A stretch of 64,000 bases of DNA from an uncultured Methanosarcinaceae archaeon (lineage in GTDB: Archaea; Halobacteriota; Methanosarcinia; Methanosarcinales; Methanosarcinaceae), in assembly GCA_963833425.1 (NCBI GenBank), contig CAWHXP010000005.1, forward strand, positions 187,902 to 251,901. The letters run 5' to 3'. How positions within the stretch are numbered: position 1 is the stretch's first letter; each line of letters begins with the position of its first letter. A model generated the notes under the pieces. The model was not told the origin of the DNA and did not search any database. It worked only from the letters and a program-made list of their open reading frames with translations. Shown here piece after piece: positions 35,151 to 48,458 of this stretch. Position numbers and translations under genes: made by a program.

Positions 35151-36158
35151 AAGGCTGCATCATATCCAGTAGAAATATCTGTTTTCTGGAAATTGACAAG
35201 TTATTAAGCTAATAAATTTTTGAGGATACACTTATTTCGGTGCCTCCTTTATATTTAGTGGAGATCAATATTAAATTTGATATATAATTTCTTAATGGAG
35301 AAACGAGGGCCAAAAACAAAGTTCATTAATGTTTTTTTTGTCCAAATCAAGATTGTAAATTTTTGATATTCCTGGAATGTGAAATTTCATAGGTAACTGT
35401 ATATACAAATCTTAATAAGATAGTTCAAAAAATATATCTATTGAGGGTGCTGATGAGTATTCAAAGATCGAACAAACACTTTATCTTTTAATCTTCGTAA
35501 AGACGAATTCATGAGACTATTTGAAATAAAATTCCATATTTGAAATATAAAATTGTACACTAATGCAAAAATTTGATTCTAAACAAATTCAATACACGAC
35601 TAATTTTCGAAATTCTCTCTCAATTTTAAAGTAGTGTCACAAGAAAGTATGAGAATTTGCCTATGTTTTTCTTATAGTTTTTGCATTTACTGGTACTAAC
35701 AAGCCATAATACGTATATTTGATATCATATGGAATAATTTAGTTTACAAACACATAGTCAAAAACTCTGAGATTTTATTTTTTTCAGTGAAACTCATTTT
35801 ATTAGAATTTAAGGCTCGTTACAAAATCGAAGTTTCTGTGACTTTAATGTCAATAAGAACATGCGGAAACCGTGAGTACTAAAGAGGAATAAATAGGGAA
35901 ATAAAATTGGGAATCAGGATCGAATACATCTACATGGTTGACGATGTATTGAAGTAAGAAATTAAACTCAGGGAAATACAAGCCTCTATAGGCATTATTG
36001 CAAAACGAATAGTTTTCAGGAAAACATTTTCTCACTTGAGTTGCTTCGCACAAATAAAGCCGTATACTTACTATTTGAGAAAGCCAGCATCATTTATAGG
36101 TTTCTACATGGTATTTTGCAAATCAGAGCGATAAATTCCAGATTTTCTCAAAACTTAA

Positions 36159-36923
36159 GTGAGGATTGAAATTATAAAATATACTCACAATACCTATTCA
36201 GAAAAACCAGATACCAAGCATGTTGTCAGAGTGATCTATGATCATTTATTCGACTCATACGGCCCCCAGGGTTGGTGGCCTTTAATAGATCTCCATGAAA
36301 CTAGTTGGGCAACACATCCAAAAAAAAAGTATACACAGGGATATCATCCTGGGAACTATACCTATCCACAAACCAGTGATCAGCAATTCGAAATTATATC
36401 TGGGGCCTTGCTTACTCAGAATACAAGCTGGATTCAGGTTGAAAAGGCTCTTTTAAATCTGAAACAGCTGGATGCTCTTTCCCCTGAAATCATCATGTCC
36501 CTTAGCTCGGAAGCTTTAAAAGAAGCAATCAAACCAGCAGGCTATTATAACCAGAAAGCAATCCGCCTCAAGAATCTTGCCATCTGGTTTCAGGAACTGA
36601 AGTATAGAATCCCTACACGTGAAGAACTTCTTTCTTTGAAAGGAATCGGTCCCGAAACTGCAGATTCGATCCTACTGTATGCTTTTAACCAACCTCTTTT
36701 TGTTATTGATGCGTATACTAGGAGAATAGTAACAAACCTCAGACTTGCTTCTGAAAAAGCAAATTACGATGAACTAAAAGCGCTTTTTGAAGAAAATTTG
36801 CCTCATAATCCGGTAATTTATCAGGAGTACCATGCCCTGATGGTGGAGCATGCCAAAAGATATTATCTAAAAAAAAGTAGCTGTACAACAAAATGTCCAC
36901 TTTTGAAGATTGTCCTAGATTAA
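36159..36923 (+). CDS. HhH-GPD endonuclease III-related protein
   Basis: GPQGWWP, GALLTQNTSW, LKGIGPETADSILLYA, FVIDAYTRR. Confidence 0.9.
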   Translation: MRIEIIKYTHNTYSEKPDTKHVVRVIYDHLFDSYGPQGWWPLIDLHETSWATHPKKKYTQGYHPGNYTYPQTSDQQFEIISGALLTQNTSWIQVEKALLNLKQLDALSPEIIMSLSSEALKEAIKPAGYYNQKAIRLKNLAIWFQELKYRIPTREELLSLKGIGPETADSILLYAFNQPLFVIDAYTRRIVTNLRLASEKANYDELKALFEENLPHNPVIYQEYHALMVEHAKRYYLKKSSCTTKCPLLKIVLD

Positions 36924-37175
36924 AAGATTTTAAGGGAGGAAAAAAATTATTTACTGGCAAGTTTTGGATGAAATCTTCAAGATATGTCTCTTAATATTCC
37001 ATTTTAACTCATTTGTCAGTGACCTAGCTGGGAACTTAATTAAACGACTGCAAATTCAATCGATTCTTAGATACCCATTCTGAATCATTATTCCTCAGGT
37101 CAATATCTGTTTAGTCATACTTTAGTATTGATCCCAATTTTTCCTGCAATCTCTGCTGGAAAGGTAGCAATGTTC

Positions 37176-37388
37176 TTATAAGAGCTTTATTTCATACCAG
37201 TCGGAAAGTTCTGCATCGAGAACACCTTCATGAACCATCTTCTCGATCTCGTTTTCAACTTGGCCATAAGTAAATTGGTAGTCGTGCGAGATTGCAGAAA
37301 TGACATCCTGACTATGGCAGAATCTGTTCGGAAATGCTTCGTTGAAAATCGCTACGTTTTCAATAATTAAATCTCTTATTTTTTCCAT
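37176..37388 (-). CDS. Small hypothetical protein (possible winged helix)
   Basis: 70-aa ORF with AGGTGA RBS. Confidence 0.6.
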   Translation of the reverse strand: MEKIRDLIIENVAIFNEAFPNRFCHSQDVISAISHDYQFTYGQVENEIEKMVHEGVLDAELSDWYEIKLL

Positions 37389-39053
37389 TTTTTTATCACC
37401 TGTTTAAAGTCTTTATTTTTTTTTAATTTATTTATTATTGTCTCTTAATCAATATAATATATTTGTAAGACGCATATATAATTATTTTCCTAGTATTTTA
37501 TATATATAATATTTACATATAGAAATTGATAGATATCTATAAACATAAAGTATAATAATTAGAAAATATCGGAGTAAATCATAAACTAAAAAAATAGTAT
37601 TAAAAAATAGAAGAAACTTAGGTGTTCCCTTATCAATCATTTGATATTTTTAGGAAAATTACAATTTGTTGTCAACTTATTAATTAATTACAATTTTAGT
37701 TTTTTATCAAAATTTTTAATCTAATTCTTAGCAAATGATTTTGAGTTATCTGACTCCATATAAATATCCATTATAAATTCTGAATCTTTTGATTGATTCA
37801 ATGAAGCTTTTGAAATATTTCTCGGTAAATTCTACAAATAAATTCAAGAGAATCTCGATTAAAATAATTAAGAAAATTTCCTAGTGAGCTCTATAAATAA
37901 CAAGCCAAAAATTTAAGTTTATCTAAATTTCCATAACTTATTTCGATTTATTCCGAATTTTTTCCAGTGGGAATCATGTAAAATCTTTCCCACCAATTTC
38001 TTTATTTTCCCTTATTTTTTTCTTTTCTGGTTCATATTCTTTTATTTTAAAGATAGCTTCTTCTTATCACATTGAAATATCACGATAACTAAATATAACT
38101 TTCCAAAGTGAAAACACTTTATGGCACAAAATTAGATGAAAAAATCCTCTTACCACTTAAAGAGAAATATCTATTACTATTTAAAGAACCAAATTGGGAT
38201 AAAGATCTTGGAAAACTAAAATATGCACAATAATTAATAACACAGAATAAAATCAGAAGGAAAGGATATTCTAATAAAAAATAGATCAAATTAGGATGAA
38301 AAATATTGTCCAGTTGATGAATCGTGCTTTTCTATAACCAATGTCAATTTTGCTAGAATTTCTTTTCTGATGACATCGCCGTCTTTGACAATTATCTTAA
38401 TTTCCCATTCTTATTCTCAGAAATAGCATTAATTTTTCGGTATTCTCTCCTCCAAAATGTTGTGGGAAACGCCTTTCTAATATCCACATAGAGACTTGGC
38501 AATTTCCAGCATTTGCTGTCGTTATCTATCTAACAGGAATCTAATGAATAAGGGCTCAGACAGGCAGTATTCTTGCCCTTTTCGAACCTATCAGGAATTT
38601 TATTTGAAGCAGTGTCCTGAAAAACCCTCTCTATATTTCGATCCATCTGGGATGTGTCTTTATTCTCACAGCAGATACCTTGTAAGCAAACAGGAACTGG
38701 TTAAATGCCTTGGAAGAGTATATACGATAGCCTTGGGCCTTTGTAAGTGGTTTCTAGGTATATGTGCGCGGTTAGAGGTATGAAAGGTTACAGATAAGCT
38801 ATGCTTGTTAGCCTCTAATTTGTGCCATTGGGAAAATTTTCCTGCCCAAGCTCGATTAAGAGCCTCTCCTAAAAGTGCTGTGATCTACTGACTTTTACAA
38901 ATGGCAATGTGAACAACCAGAACGCCTAATAGGATATTATATTATTCTAACTTTTAACTATTCCATGCATGACTGTTAGGATAAACTCTATGTCCTTTTG
39001 GTGAAAAATTGGTTTAAAATGGAAAAATGGTAGTAAATGAGATACAGTAGCTG

Positions 39054-39422
39054 TTAATAGCCATGTTTCTTCATTTCTTTGAGTACCACTTTACTGAAAT
39101 CCGTAAAATGCTGAATCCCTCCAGTCCAAGCAGCGATCATCATGGCGTCAGTTATCTCTGTTCTGGTAGCTCCGACTTGATGAAGTCTTTCCAGGATTTT
39201 GATTGCACTTTCCGTGTTGTTGTTGGAACAGGCAATAGCAAAAACTATAAGGTGTTTTTGCTTCATGGAAAGCCCTGCTTCTCTTTCATACCAGACTGCT
39301 TTATAAAAACCAGCGATACCTTCGGCAAAGTCTTCGTTTATCTGTTCAGCATACTCAACTGACCTGGGCACAAAGCCCTTTATTTCCTTGAGTTCTTTAA
39401 CATCTTTCCCCATGATTATCAT
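39054..39422 (-). CDS. Carboxymuconolactone decarboxylase (AhpD-like) family protein
   Basis: LSMKQKHLIVFAIA..GATRTEITDA..AAWTGG. Confidence 0.85.
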   Translation of the reverse strand: MIIMGKDVKELKEIKGFVPRSVEYAEQINEDFAEGIAGFYKAVWYEREAGLSMKQKHLIVFAIACSNNNTESAIKILERLHQVGATRTEITDAMMIAAWTGGIQHFTDFSKVVLKEMKKHGY

Positions 39423-39890
39423 ATTTCAATAAGAGATAATCAGATAAAACAATATCTTTACAACTTTTCATGGATCTGACTTTTTGGAAAGCTCTAAGAT
39501 GAATAATCTGGTATCACAAAAACTTCCACATGATTTTTTTATTTCCACAGTCTCAGGAAGCAGCTTAATGTTTGCCCTGCTGTTCTCCGGGATCAAGCTT
39601 TGAATATGGACTTCTCGCTTATACATATTCTCATTTAGCTTTTCGATCTGCCCATCTTTTTTGTGCAGCTGGTCCTTCGACAAACAAGGCCTTCACGCCG
39701 GATGAAATACCTATTCTCATCCCGAGCGACAGTCCTGACCTTTGTACATGGCTTCTAGGTGGGTTCTACGTTGACAATTAGGATGAGCTATTCCATATCT
39801 GGATAAAAATAAGAACAGATGTCACATTATGAAATATCTTTCCTGCCATGAAAGGGGAGCTTTTTGAAAACGAAGATAATATTTTCGGGT

Positions 39891-40574
39891 TTACAAAGCA
39901 GACAAGATTCTTAGCATTAATCTTGCATCCTCAAGCATGTTATGGTCGTTATTGAAATAAACGTATACTTTATCAGGTCCAGATTCACTTATTTTCCTGG
40001 CCGTTTCTTCGATCTCTTTTTGCGAATAATCATAACTGTACCAGCCTTCTCTTCCGTGAATTCTCATATAAATCATTTTTCCGGGGAAGATTCGGTTTCT
40101 GTAATCAGGCGAGTCTAACGGACACCAGAGTCACCTTTTCCATAAGCTCTGAGCACAGCTCTTCATTTCTTAGCAACTCTTTATTTCTGATCTCAAGAAT
40201 AAATCTTTTGCCAAGCTCTGTGTCTTCCGCAAACCTCAGCGCCTTCGTGACATTATCGAACTTTGGAGGCATCTGAAATAGATAGAAATCAATAAGATGA
40301 TCCATGGGTTCAAAAAGCTCTCGAAAATTATTCCAAGATTCAAGAGCACTTTTAGTGAACTTTCGCCAGTAAGTTATGGATCTGTGAACTTTTACAGTCC
40401 ATCTGAGATCTGCTCCTTTCCTATTCCAGCTTTCAATTTGGTTAAGAGATGGATATCTGTAAAAGCTGGCATTAAGTTCGACAGTGTTCAGACCTGAATT
40501 CAGAATGAACCAATCCGATTTTTCTTTTTGTTCCATCCATAGTACCAGCCGCTTGTACCCACAAATGCATCCAT
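39891..40574 (-). pseudogene. DUF72 family gene split by two frameshifts
   Basis: MDAFVGTSGW / TVELNASFYR..FYLFQMPP / YMRIHG..YVYFNND in three successive ORF fragments. Confidence 0.85.
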
Positions 40575-41874
40575 ATGATCCCTTTCGTATAGCGGTCTGA
40601 TAACAGATTTATTTTTGGTTCGCTTGCAGGATATAGTATTTACATGTAGGAAAAGAGAAAAGCTGCTAAAAAGCATAATAAACACAATATTAACTTATCA
40701 GGTAACATAAAACAAATTCAGAACACCATGGCATGTGCAGGCAGCAGCAACGAAAGTACGTGCTGACATAGTGACTACAGTGTTCATTTTACTCGTTTTA
40801 ATTGCGTTGTGGAGCTGTCCGGGATATATTTTGTCCATCCTTCTCCCGAGCGATAGCCCTGGCTTTTGTACGTGGCTTTTAGGTATGTTTGTGGGTTTGA
40901 GACGTTTTTAAGAGATTGGTAACTGACTCGCAAATGAGAAAAAGAATATTGAATACCGAAAAGAAGGTGAGGTGTAAAAATTTCATGGTGGATATTTTTA
41001 TTAAAACTCCTTTTTTCTTCATTATGACTATTAAGACTACCAATTAAACAAAAAAATATCCCAAAGTAAATTTTTAATTCGTTAAGATATTGCTTTTCTG
41101 ATTGACTTATTAAATAGTTCATTACTGTAAAATGTAATGGAACTGTAACGAGTGAATCTATTAAAGTCACCAGAAAATAATCCTGCACTTCCATTTATGC
41201 ACTCGTTAGATCTGTATTCAGAATCATTTGTCATAAATTTGACTTCAATATGTTCAGAAGTTATGCATAAATGATTAATTTTTCAGAGGTCTCACCATTT
41301 ATGGTATTCCGAAAAGCGATTTTAATAGACCAATCAGCACTATGACCAAGATCAGTAAGAGACTTACCAGTAGTACACTGATACTTATAAACAGTACAAC
41401 GAAGAGAATGACGAGGAACATCATCATTGAAATAATGTCCGGTATCATAAGTGTCAACAGTACTAAATAGACCGTTCTTTTTACAAGCTTATATTTTCAA
41501 CCATAAAAGACTTAGTGCCAACCGCAAAATAAAATATGCACCTTTTTAGACTGTACTCAACCAATTTCATAAGCAGCTCCATCTATTTTGGTCCAAAATA
41601 ATTATGTGTTGCCTAGTTATTTCGTAATAAGTCCTTAGCAGTTAAAAGTGCGCCTGTCACAGATATTCCTCACAGTCTGCCTCGCCCTTTATAGGCTTCA
41701 TGCTAGCCGGTGGCACGGGCATTTTTTCAGAAAGAATTTTTCTTTGCGCCTCAAGAAGTTCAGGTTCTTTTCCCATAAACTCTGCAGCACACAGAACTCT
41801 GTTTTCCACCTTTTCGGCCAGCTCTTTTAACTAGTTGTAGCCTCCCAAAGATCTAAGCAGATGATGGTCCAGAA

Positions 41875-42183
41875 TCAGCATATCCACACATCTCGGGCCA
41901 GAAGTAAAACGTTTCCAAGGCTTCTGTCCTGCTCTAGGAATGCACTGTGAAAGATACAGAAGAAGACCTTCAGACTATAAACAAAATAGTTGCGGAAGCC
42001 AAAAAGGTTTCTCAGTTCGGAGTTTCCCTGGAGCCACGGGAAAATCGAAAGCAAGATAACATTGAACTTAAATTGTTCTAGAGAGCCTCCGGAGGGTAGC
42101 CGAATATAGTGGCGATATCGCAGAAGTTGCAATCAATATGGATGTAAAAAAATTTGAACCTCAAGTATTTAATATACAGATGA
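41875..42183 (+). pseudogene. PhoU-family C-terminal remnant
   Basis: ESLRRVAEYSGDIAEVAINM. Confidence 0.6.
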
Positions 42184-42222
42184 GGATATAACAGTTAATT
42201 CTCAAAATCTCTTAATCTGATC

Positions 42223-43181
42223 TTATTCTTTTATCCGAGTTATTGCTTCCAAACATCTCTTTGCTTCTCTCAAAGGATAGTCACTGTAGCTTGTACTAGA
42301 CTTAAATATTGCAATTCTTAGCAAGCCATAAGCCATGTAAAACGGAATAACTCTGGTTATTTTACGGAATTCTTCTTCATCTTTGCTGTAATGTTTCAGA
42401 AAATGGCGGATATATGGCTCTGCCCTCTGGCTTGATCCTTTCCGCGCAAAATAGTATTTTAGCTCGGCACAAAGTATCCCAAGATCGCATGCAAAATGCC
42501 CATGCCGGGATGCAAGTTCGAAATCCAGAAGAAATGGTCTTCCCCTGTGGAATATATAGTTTACAGGAGTAGAATCATTGTGGATCATGCAGCCGTTTTT
42601 TATATCCAGCAGGGAACTGTGCCACCATTTTCCAAACAAAAGTTTATATTCATTTCTTATATGCTGGTTGATGTTGAGGTGATTCAAAACATAATTAAAT
42701 TTTGAAAATTCCTTCTCTTTGTCATATTTATATGTCTGCGTATTATCGTGAAGTTTTCTAAGTATATCTGCAACAAGATCTAACTTTTCCTCAAGCTCTT
42801 TCCTGTGATTAAAGTACCAGAATAAAGGCCTGCCAGGTACGTATCTGCTGACCAAAACACAACTAAAATCTTTATTTATTGCGATAGGTTCCGGGACATC
42901 AATTATCTTTTGGGCTATTTTAAGGTATTCATATTCCTTTTTCATCAAACTGTAGCTATCGTATTTTTTAATGGTTCCCGTAGGTATTGCAAAAAATTTA
43001 GCTATGGCACTGAATCCTTCCCCGTTAAATTCGTATTTGCAGACCCTGTGCGATGCATAACTGAGCCTAAAGGTACGAACTTTACAGTCCTTGTCCTGTA
43101 TTATATCCCTAAGTTTCTCGACAAGCCAGTCCCTGAAAGTATCACCTGGCTTTAATGTCCTAATATATTCAAAAGACGCTA
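42223..43181 (-). pseudogene. Aminoglycoside phosphotransferase / kinase-like family gene, frameshifted near 42950
   Basis: IHNDSTPVNYIF and LLDFE motifs; upstream FEYIRTLKPGDTFRDWLVE lies outside the called ORF. Confidence 0.7.
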
Positions 43182-43359
43182 CGAATTTCCCCTCCCTTCT
43201 TATCTGAGAAAACTTAAATCTCCACAGAATTTACGCGGTTTTTAGGCATCAGAACGAAAAACTCAGGGCTATTCAGCTGAAATCGTATACCTATCTGACA
43301 GGACTCTCTTTTTGAGAGGAAATTTCTCAGCTGATTTTTAAGCTGATTTTTTTTATCTG

Positions 43360-43577
43360 GATTTATTATTTAATTGGATTAACCACCGATTTGACTCCAT
43401 GTTGAGGCTTATCTTGTCTTCCTTGGCAAACCAGACAATAGCCATCAAAGCCATTTGGGAATCGAAGCCGTTAGTGCTCAGATGAGTCTTTATCTTGTTA
43501 AAACTGCATTCCCCTTCTTCCAACTTGTGTTACAGCACTCTCTAAGCTTCCTCTACCTTTATATTCATATTCTCCAT
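43360..43577 (-). pseudogene. DUF2582-like winged-helix protein with internal stops
   Basis: LMAIVWFAKEDKI resembles AIGWLAREDKI. Confidence 0.5.
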
Positions 43578-44690
43578 CGTGTTATCACCTGTCTAATTTT
43601 CAGAACTTTACTGCTTTTGAAAATTGGATACTGTTTTTGAAATTATAAAGTCTATAAAAAATAAAGATCTATGTAAACTCAAGAAATTTACTCGGAAAAT
43701 CCCTTTGAATACATAACAGAATTTCTTGTACCTGAATAAAGCCTTTTTCTTTTGGTAGGGTCGTGACCTATTAGCTGGTTAATATTTCATCTTAAAATGC
43801 ACTTTGTTCAAATGCACTCGTTTTCTAAGTTTACATGTATACGGAAAACCAAAACAAAAACCAAAACCTAAACAGAGTGAAAAATGAGATGCAGAGCACA
43901 AGTATGTGAATTGATAGAAGTAGCTTCGTGAATCTGTCCCTTTTTTATTTTCAAACCAAGGAAACGAGTTGACTTTGCAACTCTTCTCAGATTTGTTCTT
44001 ATTACAAACACTAATAATTCTTTTTGGAATGATTCGATTGTGGTATTTTCGCTATTTTCTCAGGATAACAAATAGATTTTCTGGAAAAAATTCGAACAAT
44101 GCATTTTTTTTCAGTTCAAAGTTGAAAAGCCTACTAAATTTCTGTAAAACAAGCATTTTTAACAGAACGACTACTTCAATTTCCTGTCTACTTCAAAAAA
44201 TACTGTTTTGTTAAAATATATGGACTAAAAAAATTATGCAAAAATATTTCCAATCAATTGAAAAAATCAATTTCGTCAAGTCTATCTCTATTTAACTAAT
44301 ACTTTTAATTTCTTTTTTAAAAATAGATCAGTCAGAATTTTAATGAGTAAAATTTTTTAAGGCATTTAAACTCCACAATATCCAAATGCACAGAAATTAA
44401 TTTTAACTATTTAATAAATATGATCACATTTATTTACTGTTTGATAACCCATATTCTATAAAGTTAAAATTGAATCTGACGAGAAATGATGACAAAAGTG
44501 GTTTCATCACGCTACAAGCTTATAAAGTATTAATGAAGATACTATGGTTGTAAAAATAAGACTGCTTAAAGGGTTATAAAAATCTATCAAAAACTCCGAT
44601 CAAAAATGAATAAATGCCATGCTCAAGGATAGTATTAAAAGAAAAAAACAGTTCTCTCATTGAGTAAGCTTGTAGAGTCATAGAGGAGCC

Positions 44691-45854
44691 ATGCAGACCC
44701 TAATTATATGCATAGACAGAGATAATGATCTTGGAGAAAAAGCAAATTTAGAAACCCCTATAATAGGAAGGGAAGCAAATATTCAAGCTGCTGTCGCACT
44801 TGGGATCGCAGATCCGGAGGACTCGGATACTAATACCATTTTCGGAGGAATCCGGATACTTGACGAATTGCGAGCAAAGGGAGCTGATGTAGAGATAATC
44901 TCTTTTGCAGGGGACAAAAATGTAGGAGTTATTTCGGATCAGAAAATAGCGGAGCAGCTCGAAAATTTTCTCCAGAAGAATGAAGTGCAGAGGTCGATCT
45001 TTGTCTCGGATGGAGCAGAAGATGAAACCTTGGTTCCGATAGTTCAATCCCGTATGAAAATCGATTCCGTAAAAAGAATTGTGGTAATGCAAAGCGCAAA
45101 CCTAGAAAGTACTTATTATATCCTTAAACATGCCTTCAGCAACCCGAAAATATCCCAGACTTTTTTTGTACCTTTAGGACTTGCTTTTCTTATTTATTCT
45201 ATATTTCTGCTTGCTCATTATCCAGAGGGTGCGATTGTAGGAATTCTCGCAGCTGTTGGGCTTTACATGTTGTATAGGGGATTTGGGTTAGATGATATAG
45301 TTGCCCTTGAAGAAGAAAGGTTAATTGATGCTTTTCTAGAACAAAAAATGGTTTTTATAAGCTATATGGCTGCCATACTTACCAGTCTTGTAGCGACTTC
45401 ATATGGTGCTATGGAAGTATGGAAACTTTATTCGAGAGAAGGAGTCTGGTACCATGGAACTCTTACTCTTATATCAGTTTTCGTTCATGCCTCTGCCTGG
45501 TGGTATGTAGGAGCCCTGATACTTGCGGACTTAGGAAAAATATTTGATCTAAGGATGGAAGGTAAACCAATATATAAAAATGTTTCAATTTCTCTCTTTA
45601 TCATCGCAACTGGGCTACTTTTTTGGGGTGCAACTACGTATATTTTAGCGGTATTTTCACTCTCAACAGGGGGTACTAATGAGACATCGCTAGCACTTCA
45701 ATATTTTGTGTACTCGACTATTATTGCAGTTCTTATTGCTCTTGCAGGAATAAAATACTCCGTATCAAATAAGACTATTGAAGACGGGAAAAGAAAAAAA
45801 AGAGAAAAAAAACAAAATTCACCTGAAATTAAGGAGATTAGTAAAGAGAATTAA
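44691..45854 (+). CDS. DUF373 family membrane protein
   Basis: LIICIDRDNDLGEK, DPEDSDTNTIF, VSDGAEDE, VVMQS. Confidence 0.9.
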   Translation: MQTLIICIDRDNDLGEKANLETPIIGREANIQAAVALGIADPEDSDTNTIFGGIRILDELRAKGADVEIISFAGDKNVGVISDQKIAEQLENFLQKNEVQRSIFVSDGAEDETLVPIVQSRMKIDSVKRIVVMQSANLESTYYILKHAFSNPKISQTFFVPLGLAFLIYSIFLLAHYPEGAIVGILAAVGLYMLYRGFGLDDIVALEEERLIDAFLEQKMVFISYMAAILTSLVATSYGAMEVWKLYSREGVWYHGTLTLISVFVHASAWWYVGALILADLGKIFDLRMEGKPIYKNVSISLFIIATGLLFWGATTYILAVFSLSTGGTNETSLALQYFVYSTIIAVLIALAGIKYSVSNKTIEDGKRKKREKKQNSPEIKEISKEN

Positions 45855-45875
45855 AATCGAATATATTTCGTAACC

Positions 45876-46200
45876 TGTAGGGAGCAACTGGTCTATTCGC
45901 GCCCCAGTATTGGAAATAAAGGAATTATCCTAACTCAAATATTTTTATTCACTTATATGGTTTTGTTACTCCCTGGTTCCCCTGATTTTCAACTTCGTTT
46001 TTAATTATATCGGAGGTTGTATAATCATTCACAGTATCAATGTAACCTCTATCCCTCAAAAAATTACACTGAACGAAAAAGAGTATTAGTGAAGATCTAT
46101 ACCAGCAAGCAATGATCTCAATTTTGATGCTGAGAGGATACTGAAGCACCACAAAAACCAAAATAAAGCTGTAAAAGGGTTAGATTTAGAAAAAAAAACT
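45876..46200 (-). mobile_element. IS200/IS605 TnpA remnant
   Basis: GYIDTV..TTSDIIKNEVENQG, similar to the remnant at 16.7 kb. Confidence 0.6.
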
Positions 46201-46964
46201 TCTCAGGGCCTTTTAGTTAGTTTGAAAAAAACATCAATGAATCGAAGCATTATCAGTGATCATGATCTTAACTCTGGTAGTTTATCTTATGGCAGAATGG
46301 AAAGGAAGAAAAAATTTAACGGAAAAAGGGAAAATAATACCAAAAAATTAAGAAATGAGCTCATAAGTCCACATGAAGCGGGTTTTCATTCTGATAATAG
46401 AATTACAAAATTTAAAATGGAAGTTTATTTAAAACTGGTAATTCAAATCACAAATTAAGATTAATTCAAAAAAAATAATCAAGTTGATGGGTAAAAATTT
46501 TAACAAATGCATTTTTGAGGAAGGACTTGTGGAAAATCGATCGATTTTGTGATTTTCATAGTAATGATACTCTCTTGGAAAGATTATTACTGATTATAGA
46601 AGAAGATTTGTTATTGAATTATCATATGAGATTGCAGTTAAGCCCAGAACCTCACCCAAAAATGCTATTTCAGATATTTCTATTCTATGGTATATTTCTT
46701 GTTAAAAAACATATGAATATGCCTCAGGAAAAATTTTATTATTTTTAACGAGTACCTAAGGCTTTAGATGAGAAAAAGTTCAAGGTTGGGAGATTAGTCA
46801 GATATAAAGATTAAATAGAATATGTAAAAGTGAGTGGAAAATTTTAGATAAGTAGTGGAAATGGTTGATATGTTGTTTTACCCAGCGGATAGTCCCAAAT
46901 TTATTTACATAAACCATAATTGGAGCTTTTTTGACCATTTTATTAAATTGGTTCGTGTGGGAGC

Positions 46965-47366
46965 TTATCCGTAGTGGGGAAAAATGTATTTTGTTTCCTT
47001 GGGTTTTTCACCTCCCTCCCATTTTGTTTCGTCCGGAAACTCTTTATTTGTCAGGGCTTCAACCTTTGCAACTTCAGGATGTTGTTTTAGAAATTCAATT
47101 GAATATGCAGTAGTTCCTTTTGCAGATGATTGAAATATCTCATCGATCTCTTCCCGGCTAAACTGTCCATGGTAAAGAAGAAGTTGAGTCACTTTTTCCC
47201 TTGAAGCCTGAGGTTCTTTTTCATAGCTTAGCGAGTAGTACAGTTTGCTGATGATTACTCTCAAACTCGATGGCCTGCTTCTTTCATTGTCTTTTAACTC
47301 AAATGGACTTTTATTCTTTATTTTTTGTAGAATTTCAATCAAGTCATACTGGCTCGTAATTAACAC
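46965..47366 (-). CDS. Hypothetical protein
   Basis: 133-aa ORF with AGGGG RBS; no motif recognised. Confidence 0.5.
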   Translation of the reverse strand: MLITSQYDLIEILQKIKNKSPFELKDNERSRPSSLRVIISKLYYSLSYEKEPQASREKVTQLLLYHGQFSREEIDEIFQSSAKGTTAYSIEFLKQHPEVAKVEALTNKEFPDETKWEGGEKPKETKYIFPHYG

Positions 47367-47693
47367 CCCTAATAAAATTTGGTTTACAGATTAAATAAAA
47401 ATTCCTAAATGCGCCGGGAAAAGAAAAAAGTATCGGAAAAATAAGGGCAGAAGAAACATTGCAAATTGAATAAATGATATAAAATGCGGCATCAGAAAAT
47501 TGTCCTCATCATCTTTTGCTCAGTCGGGGTAACTTTCATCATCGCCGCAAAGTCCAGTATATCGGTGGTCTTATTTATGGTTACTGCCTTTATTGCCGCA
47601 ATTTTTTTTCGCGGAATTATTTTCCCGGTATTTGAACAAATTCAAAATTATATTACTCTACATATCGAGTTCAAAGACTTACGAGGAAGAAAT

Positions 47694-48458
47694 TTGAAAT
47701 TCGAAGCCATAGCCATAGAAAACATACCCCTTATACATAAAGGAGACGATCTGCCCTCGATAATATCTGAAAATATCAAATTTCAGGACAGGGACATTGT
47801 TATCATTGCCTCGACAGTTGTTGCTAAAGCTGAAGGTGATACCTTTAGGCTTGAAGATATCAAGCCGGGAGAAAAAGCACTTGAGATTTCAGCCAGAAAT
47901 GGGAAAGATGCGAGATTTATCCAGGCTATTCTGACCCGAAGTAGTGAAGTCCTTATAGAAATACCTTTTATGCTTGTAATAACTCTTACAGGACACACCT
48001 GTGTAAATGCAGGAATTGATGAATCTAATATCGAAAATGGGTTTTTTCTTTATCCTCCAGAAAATCCGGATTTTAGTGCTTCAAAGATTGGAAGTGGGCT
48101 TGAAAGGCTGAGTGGTAAAAAATTAAGTGTAATCGTTACTGATACAAATGGTAGAGCTTTTAAGATTGGACAAACTGGTGTTGCCATAGGAATTTATAAT
48201 ATAAAACCTATAAAAAGCTGGATTGGAAAAAAAGACTTATTTGGTAAAACACTTGAGACCACAGAAGAGGCAATTATAGATGAACTTGCAGGTGCCGCAA
48301 ATCTTCTGATGGGTGAGGGTGCAGGAGGAATTCCAGTGGTTATCATTAGAGGGCTTGATTATTATTGCGAAAGCAAAACATTTATAAAAGAAATTTATTT
48401 CCCTAAAGAACGGGATATAATTAAAAAAGGGCTTATTTGCCTGCATAAAAAAATCTGA
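47694..48458 (+). CDS. cofE: Coenzyme F420-0:L-glutamate ligase
   Basis: IPLIHKGDDL, VVAKAEG, CVNAGIDESN, IVTDTNGRAF, DELAGAANLLMGE; TTG start after a GAGG RBS. Confidence 0.93.
   Translation: MKFEAIAIENIPLIHKGDDLPSIISENIKFQDRDIVIIASTVVAKAEGDTFRLEDIKPGEKALEISARNGKDARFIQAILTRSSEVLIEIPFMLVITLTGHTCVNAGIDESNIENGFFLYPPENPDFSASKIGSGLERLSGKKLSVIVTDTNGRAFKIGQTGVAIGIYNIKPIKSWIGKKDLFGKTLETTEEAIIDELAGAANLLMGEGAGGIPVVIIRGLDYYCESKTFIKEIYFPKERDIIKKGLICLHKKI

Noticed and set aside
38300..38900. Coding-like relic including ORF 38496-38783
   Set aside because: Could not assign strand or family.
47484..47693. 70-aa N-terminal extension of CofE
   Set aside because: Family similarity and the RBS point to the TTG at 47694.
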